Shown: piece by piece, positions 48,280 to 59,271 of the stretch
Layout: each line of letters opens with the position of its first letter
How positions within the stretch are numbered: the stretch's first letter is position 1
Assembly: GCA_963817385.1 (NCBI GenBank)
Contig: CAWFOM010000006.1
Location: 224,001 to 288,000 of the forward strand
DNA length: 64,000 nucleotides
Source of the DNA: an uncultured delta proteobacterium
GTDB lineage: Bacteria; Desulfobacterota; Syntrophia; Syntrophales; UBA5619
Direction of reading: 5' to 3'
Program-made: the position numbers and the translations under genes
The notes under the pieces: generated by a model
What the model was told of the DNA's origin: nothing
Seen by the model: the letters and a program-made list of their open reading frames with translations, nothing else
The model's database searches: none

Positions 48280-49400
48280 ATGCCCAAGCTGCCAGAATGG
48301 CTCGAAGATCTCTTTTGCAGAGCGGATATCCGCATCAACGGCAGGCGCCCCTGGGATCTGCAATGCCACGATGAAGCCGCCTACGAGCGCATCGCCGGCG
48401 ATGTTTCGCTCGGACTTGGGGAATCCTACATGGATGGCATGTGGGACTGCGAGGCCCTGGACCAGTTCTTCGACCGGGCACTTTCCGCCCATCACGACAA
48501 GAAAGATCCCCCCCAGCCCCGCCATACTCGTCGGTGTGGCCAAGGCGAGGCTTCTCAACCGGCAGAACAAGCAACGCTCGCTCGAGGTTGCCAAGGTCCA
48601 CTACGACATCGGCAATGCATTCTACGAAGCCATGCTCGATCCCTACATGCAATACACATGCGCCTACTGGAACGGGGCCGCCCAGGACCTTGCCTCCGCC
48701 CAGGAAGCCAAGCTCGACCTTATCTGCCGGAAACTGGCCCTCGCACCCGGCGAAAAGATCCTGGAGCTCGGATGCGGGTGGGGTGGTTTCGCGCGCTATG
48801 CGGCGGAACATTACGGCGTAGAGGTGATTGCATACAACATTTCCGCCGCACAGGTCGAATGGGCCCGGGCCAAGTGCAAAGGCCTCCCAGTGGAATTCCG
48901 CCTCCAGGACTACCGGGAAGCAACGGGCACCTTCGACAAGGTAGCCGCGATTGGCCTGTGCGAGCATGTAGGCTACAAGAACTACCGGAGTTTCCTCGAA
49001 CTCGCCCACCGCTGCCTCAAACCGGGAGGGATTTTCCTTCTGCACACCATCGGCAGAAACCGTTCCGTCCATCACACGGATGCCTGGATGGACCGCTACA
49101 TATTCCCGGGCGGCATGCTGCCCTCGGCCGCACAGCTTGGTCAAGCCATGGATGGACCTCTTTGTCCTGGAAGACTGGCACAGCTTCGGCACCGACTATG
49201 ACCGCACCCTGATGGCCTGGCATGCAAACTTCGAGAAATCCTGGCCGCGCTTCTCCGCGGAATACGGTGAACGTTTCTACCGCATGTGGCGGTATTACCT
49301 CCTCTCGTGTGCAGGCGCATTTCGCAGCCGGCAAATCCAGCTCTGGCAGTTGGTGCTCTCGAAGGATGGAATCCGCGGCGGATGGAAAGGCATCCGCTGA
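48280..49400 (+). CDS. cfa: Cyclopropane-fatty-acyl-phospholipid synthase-family methyltransferase (two +1 frameshifts, near 48510 and 49155)
   Basis: GLGESYMDG, HYDIGN, MQYTCAYW, AQEAKL, LELGCGWG, EHVG, YIFPGG, RMWRYYL across three frames. Confidence 0.88.
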
Positions 49401-50794
49401 TGGACCGGAATCGCCCGGACCTCTTCGACAGCTGGGAATCCTATCGCAAGACCTGCCGGGAACTATCCCACGCCATGGCAAGCCGGACAGGCGCTCAGGT
49501 CCGCCTGGCGAAGAAGACCTCGAACCTGTTCCGTACCCGCAAGGAAGCTGCAGCCAAAAGACTCGACGTCCGACGCCTTCACCGGGTCATCGAGATCGAT
49601 CCGGAAGGCAGAACCGCCGAGGTGGAAGGGATGACCACCTTCGAGGACTTCGCCGACGCGACTCTCCTGAAAGGCCTGCGTCCACCCGTGGTTCCGGAGC
49701 TGAAGACCATCACCGTCGGTGGCGCGGTCTCCGGGCTCGGTATCGAAGCGTCCTCCTTCCGGCATGGGCTCGTTCACGAGATGGTCGAGGAAATGGAAAT
49801 CCTCTGCGGCGATGGGACCATCCGTATCTGCCGTCCCGACAACGAGAACGCGGACCTCTTCCATGCCATCCCGAATTCCTACGGATCCCTCGGCTACATC
49901 CTTCGCCTGCGCGTGAAGCTCCTGCCTGCGAGTCCATTTGTCAAGCTGACCCACCAACGCTTCTCCGATCGCACGCAATTTCTGTCTACGATGGAAGCGG
50001 CCTGCGCACAGAGTCCTCATGCACCGGACTTTGTCGAGGGAGTCGCCTTCACACCCAATGACTTTACGCTCACCACGGCAAGACTCACCCATGATCGCGG
50101 CCCCGTCAGTGATTACACGGGCATGCAGATCTACTACCAATCTCTGCGGAGCCGCAGTGAGGATCTCATGACCATGCGGGATTTTCTCTGGCGATGGGAT
50201 CCGGACTGGTTCTGGTGTTCGCGGAGCTTTGGCATGCAAAATCCCCTGCTGCGCCGTCTGCTGGGACGCTGGATGCTGCGTTCCAGCTCCTACTGGAAAA
50301 TCCAATCCCTCTACCGGAAATGGAAGGTCGAGGAACGAGTACATGCGATCCGCAAAATCCTGCACTTGCCTATCGAACGATTCGAACAGGTGATCCAGGA
50401 TGTCGAGATCCCCATCGAGAAATCGCCGGAATTCATCGACTTCTATTTTCGCGAGATCGACATCCGACCTTGCTGGATCTGCCCGGTGCGCCCTCTTGAG
50501 GCAGCCGGGAACTGGACTCTCTATGCGATGGAACCGGGCGCCCTCTACCTGAACTTCGGATTCTGGGGAAGTGTCAGGACCTCTTCGGACACGGCCGCAG
50601 GGCATTTCAATCGCCGTATCGAAAACATCGTGAATCGGCTTGGCGGCCGCAAGTCGCTCTATTCGACATCCTTCTTCACGGAAGACGAATTCTGGCGTAT
50701 TTACAACGGCGAAGCCTACCGGAAACTCAAGGCGAAATTCGATCCGCAGGGCGCCTTCCGCAGTCTGTATCAGAAGGCGGTTCTTGGGCATTGA
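49400..50794 (+). CDS. FAD-binding oxidoreductase (DHCR24 / TmsA-BfaA-like methylene reductase)
   Basis: LAKKTSNLFR, VVPELKTITVGGAVSGLGIEASSF, NSYGSLG, WRWDPDWFWCS, QDVEIP, KSLYS; coupled to the cfa stop. Confidence 0.85.
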   Translation: MDRNRPDLFDSWESYRKTCRELSHAMASRTGAQVRLAKKTSNLFRTRKEAAAKRLDVRRLHRVIEIDPEGRTAEVEGMTTFEDFADATLLKGLRPPVVPELKTITVGGAVSGLGIEASSFRHGLVHEMVEEMEILCGDGTIRICRPDNENADLFHAIPNSYGSLGYILRLRVKLLPASPFVKLTHQRFSDRTQFLSTMEAACAQSPHAPDFVEGVAFTPNDFTLTTARLTHDRGPVSDYTGMQIYYQSLRSRSEDLMTMRDFLWRWDPDWFWCSRSFGMQNPLLRRLLGRWMLRSSSYWKIQSLYRKWKVEERVHAIRKILHLPIERFEQVIQDVEIPIEKSPEFIDFYFREIDIRPCWICPVRPLEAAGNWTLYAMEPGALYLNFGFWGSVRTSSDTAAGHFNRRIENIVNRLGGRKSLYSTSFFTEDEFWRIYNGEAYRKLKAKFDPQGAFRSLYQKAVLGH

Positions 50795-50877
50795 CAACAG
50801 ACTGGATGAAGGTAGTATTTGCAGCTTCCTGAACCGTTTCAAAGCTTCTGGAGTTGGTATTAGGGAGGAGGACAAAA

Positions 50878-51354
50878 GTGACGGCAAGAACGGTAGTTGC
50901 TGATGAAAGAGGAATGATCTATTTGCTTTGTCCCTTCTGCGGCGAAAACAGCTTGAAGCCGGCAAATCTCTTTCCAATTCATCAGCCTGTGAGCATGGCC
51001 TGTTCATGCGGTAAGACGTACGAGTTCCAGATCGAAACCAGAAACATTTTCCGGAAGAAAACAGCCCTCAACGGTATCTATGTTAAGCAGAATTCTGCCG
51101 GCGATTTCGAAAATATGACGGTCATTGATCTGTCGCTCGGTGGATTGTGTTTGCTTGCCTCAGAGAAGCATACGCTCCATCTCGGCGATTCGATTAAAGT
51201 GGTCTTCAAGTTGGATAATGCCAAGCGTACCTTGATTACAAGGCATGTGACGGTCCGCTGGATCATGGGGAATAAAATAGGCTGTATGCTGACCACAAAT
51301 GACTATGACCCCGAACTCGGTTTCTACGTGAAGAATTTAAATGTGCCCCAGTAA
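50878..51354 (+). CDS. PilZ-domain protein with N-terminal Cys-rich (Zn ribbon) region
   Basis: CPFC..CSC, RNIFRK, DLSLGG; GGAGGA SD then GTG. Confidence 0.8.
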   Translation: MTARTVVADERGMIYLLCPFCGENSLKPANLFPIHQPVSMACSCGKTYEFQIETRNIFRKKTALNGIYVKQNSAGDFENMTVIDLSLGGLCLLASEKHTLHLGDSIKVVFKLDNAKRTLITRHVTVRWIMGNKIGCMLTTNDYDPELGFYVKNLNVPQ

Positions 51355-51497
51355 CGGGAATAGCGGGGGAAGGGGGCGACTCGGTAATGCTTCATAACCT
51401 CAAGGAGAGCAACCCACAAGCCCCGCCCTATTGAGGTGGCTTAACTTGGGGGGGAGGCCTGTCACCATGCAGGGAAGAAGAAAGGATCAGCAACAGA

Positions 51498-52421
51498 ATG
51501 AATGACAAAGTGATTATCACCGCCGCCATTACGGGGAGCATTCATACCCCAACCATGTCGCCGTATCTCCCCATCACGCCCCGGGAGATTGCCGATGAGG
51601 CCGTACGTTCTTATGAAGCTGGAGCCGCCGTCTGCCATATTCATGCCCGCAATCCCGAAACCGGACAACCAACGCCCGATGTCAACATTGTTAAGGAAAT
51701 TATCACGAGCATCAAGAGCCGCTGCGATATCGTGATTTGTATTACCACCGGCGGCGGGTTCGGCATGACCGTAGAACAGCGCGTAGCGCCCGTTTCTCTC
51801 TACAGGCCCGAGCTTGCCTCCTTCAACGCCGGCTCGACGAATTTTGCGTTGTTTCCCGTGATACCACGATATCAATCATGGAAATATGAGTGGGAACCGC
51901 AGTATCTCGCCATGACCGAAGATTATATTTTCGCCAATACGTTCAAGTCGATGCGTGAATACTGCGCCATTTTCAACGAAACGGGAACGAAACCGGAACT
52001 TGAAATTTACGATTCCGGTATGGTGAATAACATTGCCTTCATGATACAGGCCGGCTATCTAAAAAAACCTGTCTACATCCAGTTTGTCATGGGCGTTCTG
52101 GGGGGAATAACCGCCAGCCCGGAAAATCTATTATTTTTGGTAGACTATGCCCGCCGACAGATCGGCGATTTTGTGTTCTCCGTTTGTGTGGCCGGTCGTG
52201 CTCAGTTCCCGATCTGTACGCAGTCGCTCCTCATCGGCGGAAACTGTCGTGTCGGATTGGAAGACAATCTTTACCTGGAAAAGGGCAAGATGGCCAAAAG
52301 TAATGCCGATCAAGTGGCAAAAATGGTTAGAATCGCACAGGAGTTAGGCACTCAACCGGCATCTCCCGATGAAGCAAGAAAAATCCTGGGGCTAAAAGGC
52401 AGCGACAAAGTAACCTTCTGA
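51498..52421 (+). CDS. Beta-keto acid cleavage enzyme (Kce/BKACE family)
   Basis: IITAAITG, LPITP.EIA, HIHAR, TTGG, PELEIYD, RVGLEDN. Confidence 0.92.
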   Translation: MNDKVIITAAITGSIHTPTMSPYLPITPREIADEAVRSYEAGAAVCHIHARNPETGQPTPDVNIVKEIITSIKSRCDIVICITTGGGFGMTVEQRVAPVSLYRPELASFNAGSTNFALFPVIPRYQSWKYEWEPQYLAMTEDYIFANTFKSMREYCAIFNETGTKPELEIYDSGMVNNIAFMIQAGYLKKPVYIQFVMGVLGGITASPENLLFLVDYARRQIGDFVFSVCVAGRAQFPICTQSLLIGGNCRVGLEDNLYLEKGKMAKSNADQVAKMVRIAQELGTQPASPDEARKILGLKGSDKVTF

Positions 52422-52436
52422 GACATTGACTATTAA

Positions 52437-52515
52437 GGGGATATGCGGGTCCAAACCGAGCAAGTTTTAAAGAACATCAAAAGTGTATTGGAAAAACTCA
52501 GTGGAACGATGAACG
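52437..52515 (+). pseudogene. RidA/YjgF family fragment
   Basis: GDMRVQTEQVLKNIKSVLEKLSGTM matches the RidA helix; no N- or C-terminus. Confidence 0.55.
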
Positions 52516-52647
52516 GGTCAAGCTCGGCACCCATGAGCATTACCACTTGAAGTATGATCACGGGAAGTAGAGGGAGGTTCGCGGTCTTTCAAAGCGTTGC
52601 AATTGCAGAAACGTATTGCGAAAAAAAGAGAATAGGAGGGTAGGCAG

Positions 52648-52959
52648 ATGAAAAAAATTGGGTTATTGGTAGCTCTACTCATGTCACTGACGGTGACAAA
52701 TGCAATGGCGGTTAAATCCGGAGTAACAATTGATTGGGACAGCCGCGAAGGTAAAGTAACCTTCGATGGCAAGGTGCATGCAGACAAGGGATTGAAGTGC
52801 ACTGACTGCCATGTAAAGATCTTCAAGATGAAGAAAGGTTCTACAACCATGAAGATGGATGAAATAAATACAGGGAAGTTCTGTGGTGAATGTCACAACG
52901 GCACAAAGGCCTTCAAGACAAACGATAAAGCCAATTGTGCAAAGTGCCACAAGAAGTAA
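52648..52959 (+). CDS. Periplasmic triheme c7/c3-type cytochrome
   Basis: Signal peptide; three CxxCH (CTDCH, CGECH, CAKCH); VTFDGKVH. Confidence 0.9.
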   Translation: MKKIGLLVALLMSLTVTNAMAVKSGVTIDWDSREGKVTFDGKVHADKGLKCTDCHVKIFKMKKGSTTMKMDEINTGKFCGECHNGTKAFKTNDKANCAKCHKK

Positions 52960-53920
52960 TACGGGAAAAGAATGAGAGCACGTAACACATGGCTCCTCTT
53001 CCCTCTGCCCCGGATTATCGGGAAGAGGCGGAAAGAGTGTCTGATCCGCACCGCGGATGAAAGAGTAGGGTATCCTTTTGTTTATGACGTCTCGGTGGTC
53101 TCCATGGCTTTGGTGAATGAGGCCGGAGAAATGTATGCCGTCGCGACCACAGAGAGAATGACGGGCACGAAATAAGGGGGGGCTGGCAATGTCTGCAAAG
53201 AAATTCCGGAATTCAAGAAGGAGACTTTCTTGGGTAATCCTCACTTTAATTCGCCGTCCTCTTGTCGCTAGTCGGTTCTGCAGAACTCCAAGGAAACAAT
53301 CCCGTAGAAATGATCCTGAAACTGGCAGAAATAGCGATCGAAAAGAAAAACCTGCCAACAGTGTTTTCTAAACAGGCCGCATAGTTTGTCAAAGAGTTAA
53401 ATGTTACGGAATCGTAATGTCCAAACTCCCGGAATAGGATTGGCCTGCCAATAACTGTACAGTTATCTATTGTTGCCAATTACACTCAGGTTACGTAAAC
53501 TCAGAACGCCATAGCTACAGAAAGTAGTCCGAAACTGGCCGACGTCACGGGCCGGTCGCTTATAATCCATGCCGGTGGCGATAACTATTCAGACCAGCCA
53601 GCCGGCAGCTTTGGATGAAGGAGGTGTCAGAGTGGCCTGTGGAGTGATAAGTGGCCAATAAAGGCTGCGCGACTCAAATAAACAATACCTTAACAGAGGG
53701 AGACTTATGATGTCTTTCATGAAAATTGCGGAATGCCGATGTCGCATCCTGGGGTTAATGCTGTTAGTTGCTACCCTCACCCTCAGCTTGACCATGTCGT
53801 CTGCGTTGGCCGACAGCGACAAGCGTGTGGCGAAAGCGTCATGACCCAGAACTGGATGCGGGAACAGACCTGTTGTAGTGACGTGTTCATGTATCATTGC
53901 ATCGGAGGAAACCTTTTACA

Positions 53921-53949
53921 TTGACTATCCTTGAAATTAAGAATATTTA
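53921..53949 (+). promoter_or_regulatory. Sigma70-like promoter homologous to 34779-34807
   Basis: TTGACT-N12-AAGAATATTT. Confidence 0.5.
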
Positions 53950-53954
53950 TAAAG

Positions 53955-54072
53955 ATCCGGCATCCATAAGAGAGTCAAATCGATAAACCTTTTTGGTGAA
54001 CCATGCAACGGGTAATCCAGAAGGTGCCATCATAACGCTCCCCTAGGTTTAAAATACTCTGGGGGGGCGTTC
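53955..54072 (+). ncRNA. Candidate structured RNA motif, copy C (diverged)
   Basis: CCATGCAACGG..CAGAAGGTGCCA core then AACGCTCCCC/GGGGGGCGTT hairpin. Confidence 0.35.
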
Positions 54073-54207
54073 AAAACTCATAATACTGTATAGAAGACAT
54101 CGGGATATATCAAAAATCCTCTTCTTCGGAAAATATTATCAAGATACAAATACAAGAGAAATCAAACAACAGAAAATGCCTTACACAAATCGATCAGGAC
54201 AAAGAAG

Positions 54208-54969
54208 GTGACTATGAAAACGATATTGCGTGTTGTCGTTATTTCTTTGTTTTGTTGCATTGCTTATCCGTCTATACTTCTACCTACGGATTTTCTCGAT
54301 GATGTCCTGAAAAAAGAGTTACCCCAGTTGCCTGGCGCCGTAGGAGGCCAAGCGGCAGGAAAGGGTCTTGACGATAGTACAATAGTATCCGGCTTGAAGG
54401 AGGTCCTTGCCATCGGAACTAAGAACGCTGTAAATCTGGTTTCAATGGTTAACGGTTACTATGGTAACGACGCCATCAAGATCCTCCTGCCCGATAAGAT
54501 TCAGAAGGTTGCGGAGCTCGCAGGAAAAATTGGTTACCAGAAGCAGGTGGACGAATTGATCCAAAGCATGAACCATGCTGCTGAGAAGGCAGCCCCGAAG
54601 GCGGCCTCCTCCTTTTCCGATGCGATAAAGGGAATGACCATCGACGATGCTCGAAAAATACTGTCGGGCGGTAATACGTCTGCAACCGAGTATTTTAAAT
54701 CCCATACCTTCTCGAAACTCTACGATGAGTTCAAACCCAGCATCTCCGAGAGCATGAACCAAACAGGGGTCGTACGCTCCTATAACGCCATGATGAGCAA
54801 GGTACCGGCCATTCCATTCGCAAAACCTGAGTCGGTGGATCTCGATCATTACATCACCACAAAGGCACTGGATGGTCTGTATCACATGGTAGGTCAGGAG
54901 GAACAGGAGATCAGGACAAATCCTGTTGCGCGGACGACGGATCTTTTAACTAGGGTTTTTGGCAAATAA
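54208..54969 (+). CDS. DUF4197 family secreted protein
   Basis: GLKEVL.IG, IKILLP, SMNHAAEKA, DARKIL.GG..SATEYF, ALDGLY, IRTNP.ARTTDLL. Confidence 0.9.
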   Translation: MTMKTILRVVVISLFCCIAYPSILLPTDFLDDVLKKELPQLPGAVGGQAAGKGLDDSTIVSGLKEVLAIGTKNAVNLVSMVNGYYGNDAIKILLPDKIQKVAELAGKIGYQKQVDELIQSMNHAAEKAAPKAASSFSDAIKGMTIDDARKILSGGNTSATEYFKSHTFSKLYDEFKPSISESMNQTGVVRSYNAMMSKVPAIPFAKPESVDLDHYITTKALDGLYHMVGQEEQEIRTNPVARTTDLLTRVFGK

Positions 54970-54987
54970 CCCGCCAAGGAGGATTAT

Positions 54988-55425
54988 ATGATTAAAGAAT
55001 TCAAGGAATTCGTTATGAAGGGGAATGTGCTTGACATGGCAGTGGGCATCATCATTGGTGCGGCTTTTGGTTCAGTGGTAACGTCCTTTGTGAACGATGT
55101 GCTGATGCCTCCCATTGGTCTTCTGCTCGGCAAGGTGGATTTCAGCAACCTGTTCATCAACCTTTCGGGTAAGACCTTTGAAACATTGGCTGAAGCGAAG
55201 AAGGCTGGTGCTGCGACCCTCAACTACGGTCTTTTCCTCAACACGGCGATCAACTTTTTGATTGTGGGCTTTGCCGTGTTTTTTCTGGTTAAACAGGTCA
55301 ATCGTTTGAAACGGAATGAGCCGGCCCCCGCACCTACAACCCGCGAGTGTCGCTTTTGCTATACTGCGATCCCAATTAAAGCCACCCGCTGCCCCCATTG
55401 TACCTCAGAACTTACCAAGACTTAA
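54988..55425 (+). CDS. mscL: Large-conductance mechanosensitive channel with C-terminal Zn ribbon
   Basis: [44 protein letters not shown] tail. Confidence 0.95.
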   Translation: MIKEFKEFVMKGNVLDMAVGIIIGAAFGSVVTSFVNDVLMPPIGLLLGKVDFSNLFINLSGKTFETLAEAKKAGAATLNYGLFLNTAINFLIVGFAVFFLVKQVNRLKRNEPAPAPTTRECRFCYTAIPIKATRCPHCTSELTKT

Positions 55426-55636
55426 AGGCAGAGATATGGCTATAGGCGATAGACAATCACGTAAATAAGTTAAGCAAACATGGATGATGACCGCGGGCAA
55501 TGTCTCGTAGGCCCCGTCCGGACGGGCCATCCATTCGCTTATTAAGACGGCTTCGCCGGCTTTCATGAGGCAGCGTGGATCAGCTTGCCCGGATGCCATT
55601 GATATTTTGGAGCCGTCTCAATAATGGAGGCACAGT

Positions 55637-58600
55637 ATGTGGGGACGTGCAACCAGGATTGTGTTGAGCCTGCCGTTTATTATTGTGGCGGGGTTGTTCG
55701 GTCTCTACCTGGTGTTCGGCTTTTTTCTGGTCAACCCGCTGGCCCAAAAACTGCTGCCCTGGGTGGGCGAAACCAAACTTGCCAGCCGACTCAGCGTGCA
55801 GCAGGTCAAGTTCAATCCTCTCACCCTCGAAGTGACCGTGGACGGGTTGAAACTGGCCGATCGAAACGGTCAGCCCCTCGCCGGCTTCGACCGGCTCTAC
55901 CTCAACATCGATACCACGGGGCTCTTCCGCTGGGCTTGGCGCATTCAGGATATCCAGCTCAAGCGCCCGCGTGCGACGCTGTGCGGTGCAACCCGGCGGC
56001 ACAGCTCAACTGGGCGGCGCTCATGGCCAAACTCAACGAGGACAAAAAGCCGTCGTCCGGCACCATGGCGCGTGTGCTGATCGATCACATCAAGATCGAC
56101 GACGGCGATATCGAATACACCGACGCCAACCGCGCGGGCCGCTCCGTTCAAAGCCGTGCTGCAGCCGCTCGGGATCGAGCTCGACGGCTTGTCCACGCTG
56201 CCCGGTGAGCATGGCAGCTACCGGATTGCCGCCAAATTGCCGGAGCAGGGCGGGACGTTCACCTTGAAGGGTGACATCGGGCTGAACCCGCTATCGTCCA
56301 AAGGCACACTCGTCCTGGAAGGCCTGCAGCTGGCCGATCTGCAGCGCGCAATCAAGACCCCGCCCAATTTCGAACTTTCGTCCGGCACGGCGGCCGCGGA
56401 CCTGCGTTACCGCTTCGCCATGGTGCGCGACAAGGCGGGCGCGGAGACGCCCTCGGTGCAGGTCAACGATGCCAACCTCAGCATACGGAATTTCACACTG
56501 GCTCCGCGCGGCGGCGGCGCGCCCGTACTGGAGCTTACCGAGGCGCGGATCGACAATGCGAACCTGGATCTGGCCGAGCGCCGCCTCGAGGTGGCGAGCG
56601 TGAGCCTGACCGGCGGCAAACTGGCGGCGACCCGCAACGTCAAGGGCACTCTGGATTGGCAGACGCTCTTTGCCGCGGACGAGGAGAAATCAGCACCGGC
56701 GACCACTCCCTCTGTGCCATCGGCGGCTGAAACAGGCGCACCGGCGCAGCCGGCGCGTGCCGTGGAAAATTGCCGTGCGGGAAATCAGGCTGGCCGACTG
56801 GGCGGCGCGTTTCACCGACCAGGGCTTTGCCCGGCCGCTCGTCGTGAGTGCCGGCGGCTTCGGGATGACCACGGCGCTGACCGGTGAAGTAGGCGCCAAG
56901 CCGGCAATCGAAGTCGGCCCGCTGAATGCCGCCCTGGGGCCGGTGCGGGTGCTGTCGGGTGAGCAGGAAGCGGCTGTGCTGCAGCGCGCCGCACTCCTCA
57001 ACGCGAAACTGAACCTGGCGGAAAACCGGCTCGTGATCGACGCCGTGGAATTGAACGGCATGCGCACCTCGGCGGTGTTGGACAAGAACAAAACCCTCAA
57101 TTGGGACGAGATACTGAAAGCCGCCCCGGGCGCACCGGCACCTGCGCCGGCCAAGCCCACTGCGGTCAAGTCGGCCGCCGCGGATAAACCCGGCATGGAT
57201 CTGCAGCTTGCGCGCTTCAGCCTGGATGGCCTCGAAGTGGGCATCGCCGATCAGTCCACCGGGGAACCGGTCAAACTCGATCTGGCCAAGGGTTTTGTGA
57301 CGACTGAAAAACCTGAGCCTCGATATGAACAAAGCCGTGCCGGTGGAGGCCGGCTTCGGCCTCAAGCAGGGCGGGACATTCAACGCCGGCGGCACCATCA
57401 CCCCGGGCAAAGCGTCGGGCAAACTCGATCTCAAACTCGCCGGCTTGTCGTTGAAACCCTTTACGCCTTACGTCAACCGGTTCGCCAAGCTCAACCTGCA
57501 TTCGGGCGCGGCGTCCACCCGCGGCAGGCTCCTGTTTGCGCGGGCCGAAGCGGGGATGAAGGTGGATTTCAACGGTGGCTTTGCGGTGGATGCCCTCGCG
57601 ATCACCGAAGAGGAAACCGGGGATCCTTTTTTCGGCTGGGAAAGGCTCTCCTCCGACAGCCTGGAGCTCAAACTGAATCCCAATCGCCTGCACATGAACG
57701 AGCTGGTGGCGGTGAATCTGTTCGGCAAGGTCATCATCTTTGAAGACAAGTCGATCAACCTGAAGCGCATCCTGCGCTCTCCGGAGCCGGAGGGCGCCGT
57801 GACAGCGAAGGCGGGCGAGCCTGCGGCGCCAGACCGTGAGGAAAAGGCCGCCGCGCCTGCGCCGGCCAAGACCGAGACGCGCGACGAAGCCGCCCCGTTC
57901 CCGCTGGCCATAGAACGTCTGCGCATCAACCAGCGCCGACGTGGAGTTTGCCGACCTCTCCCTGTCGCCGCAGTTCGGCACACGGATGCATGACCTCTCC
58001 GGCGTGGTCACGGGGCTTTCCAATGACCCGGCGACGACGGCGCTGGTGGAACTCGACGGCAAGGTGGACGAATACGGCTCGGCCCGTGTCCGCGGCTCGA
58101 TCCAGCCCTTCAGGGCGACCGAGTTTCACCGACTTGACGCTCACCTTCCGCAATCTTGAAATGACCAATCTGACGCCCTATTCGGGCAGATTCGCCGGGC
58201 GGAAAGTCGATTCCGGCAAGCTCTCGGTCGATCTCGAATACAAGATCAAGCAGCGCCAACTGGCGGGCGACAACAAGGTCGTGATCAACAAGCTCAAGCT
58301 CGGCGAGCGTGTCGAGAGTCCCGAGGCGGTGAACCTGCCGCTTGACCTGGCGATTGCGATTCTGGAGGACAGCGACGGCGTCATCGACCTGGACTTGCCG
58401 GTTACGGGAAACCTCGACGACCCCGAGTTCAGCTACGGCAGGATCATCTGGAAGGCCATCGTCAACGTGCTGACCAAGGTGGTGACCGCGCCCTTCCGGG
58501 CGCTCGGCAATCTGTTGGGAATCAGTTCCGACAAGCTCGAAGCGGTGGAATTCGATTTCGGAGCGGCAACCCTGCTGCCGCCGGAACAGGAGAAACTCAA

Positions 58601-59184
58601 GGAAATCGGCCAGGCGCTCGCCAAACGGCCTGCGCTCACGCTGTCCGTTGCCCCCGCCTATGACCTCCGGAAGGATACCCGCGCGCTCCAGGAATTGAGG
58701 ATCCGGCGGGATGTCGCCCGGCAGATGGGGTTGACCGTCGAGGCCGATCAGGAACCGGGTCCGGTCGACATCGCCAACCCGCGCGCCCAGGATGCCCTGG
58801 AGTCTTTATACGGCGATCGTTTCGACAAGCAGGGCGGGGTGAAGGCCATCAAGGCCGAATACGAGAAACCCAAGGAGGGTGCCAAGCCGATTCATGCCGA
58901 TATGCTGGAACGCCTGACCCTGCAGATTCCCGTGACAGATGCCGAATTGAAGCAACTGGCGCAGGCGCGCGGCGAGGCGGTGAAGCAGACGCTGATTGAC
59001 GCTGGGTAAGGTGGATCCGGCCAAGATCAGCGTGGGCGAGCCGGTGAAAAATGACGATGACGGCAAGGTCGTCGTATGCAAGGTGACTCTGGGTACAGGC
59101 GGCAAGCCGGCGTCCGGACCTGCTCCGCTGCCGCCATGCCGTGATACTCGTGCAAAGCGGAGAGCAAAGCCTGCACGCGCGTGA
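55637..59184 (+). CDS. DUF748 (AsmA-like) large envelope protein, broken by about 8 +1 frameshifts
   Basis: VKFNPLTL, GKVDEYG, LTPYSGRFAG, LPLDLAIAILEDSDGVIDLDLPV.GNLDDPEFS, KVVTAPF, LAQARGEAVK in successive frames. Confidence 0.8.
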
Positions 59185-59271
59185 CCCGAGCCGTGCGCGA
59201 GCGAGCGTCGTCGGGGTGGGAGAGAAGGGAGGGAGAAGAGCGACTAGAGAAAAGAGGGAATATTCAATTAT

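Noticed and set aside
48505..48520. C-run in cfa as a phase-variation or programmed frameshift site
   Set aside because: One of about 14 net +1 events, many outside long homopolymers; sequencing error is simpler
53707..53844. 45-codon ORF with SD and signal-peptide-like sequence
   Set aside because: Ends right after the signal peptide; probably a gene remnant and cannot be assigned
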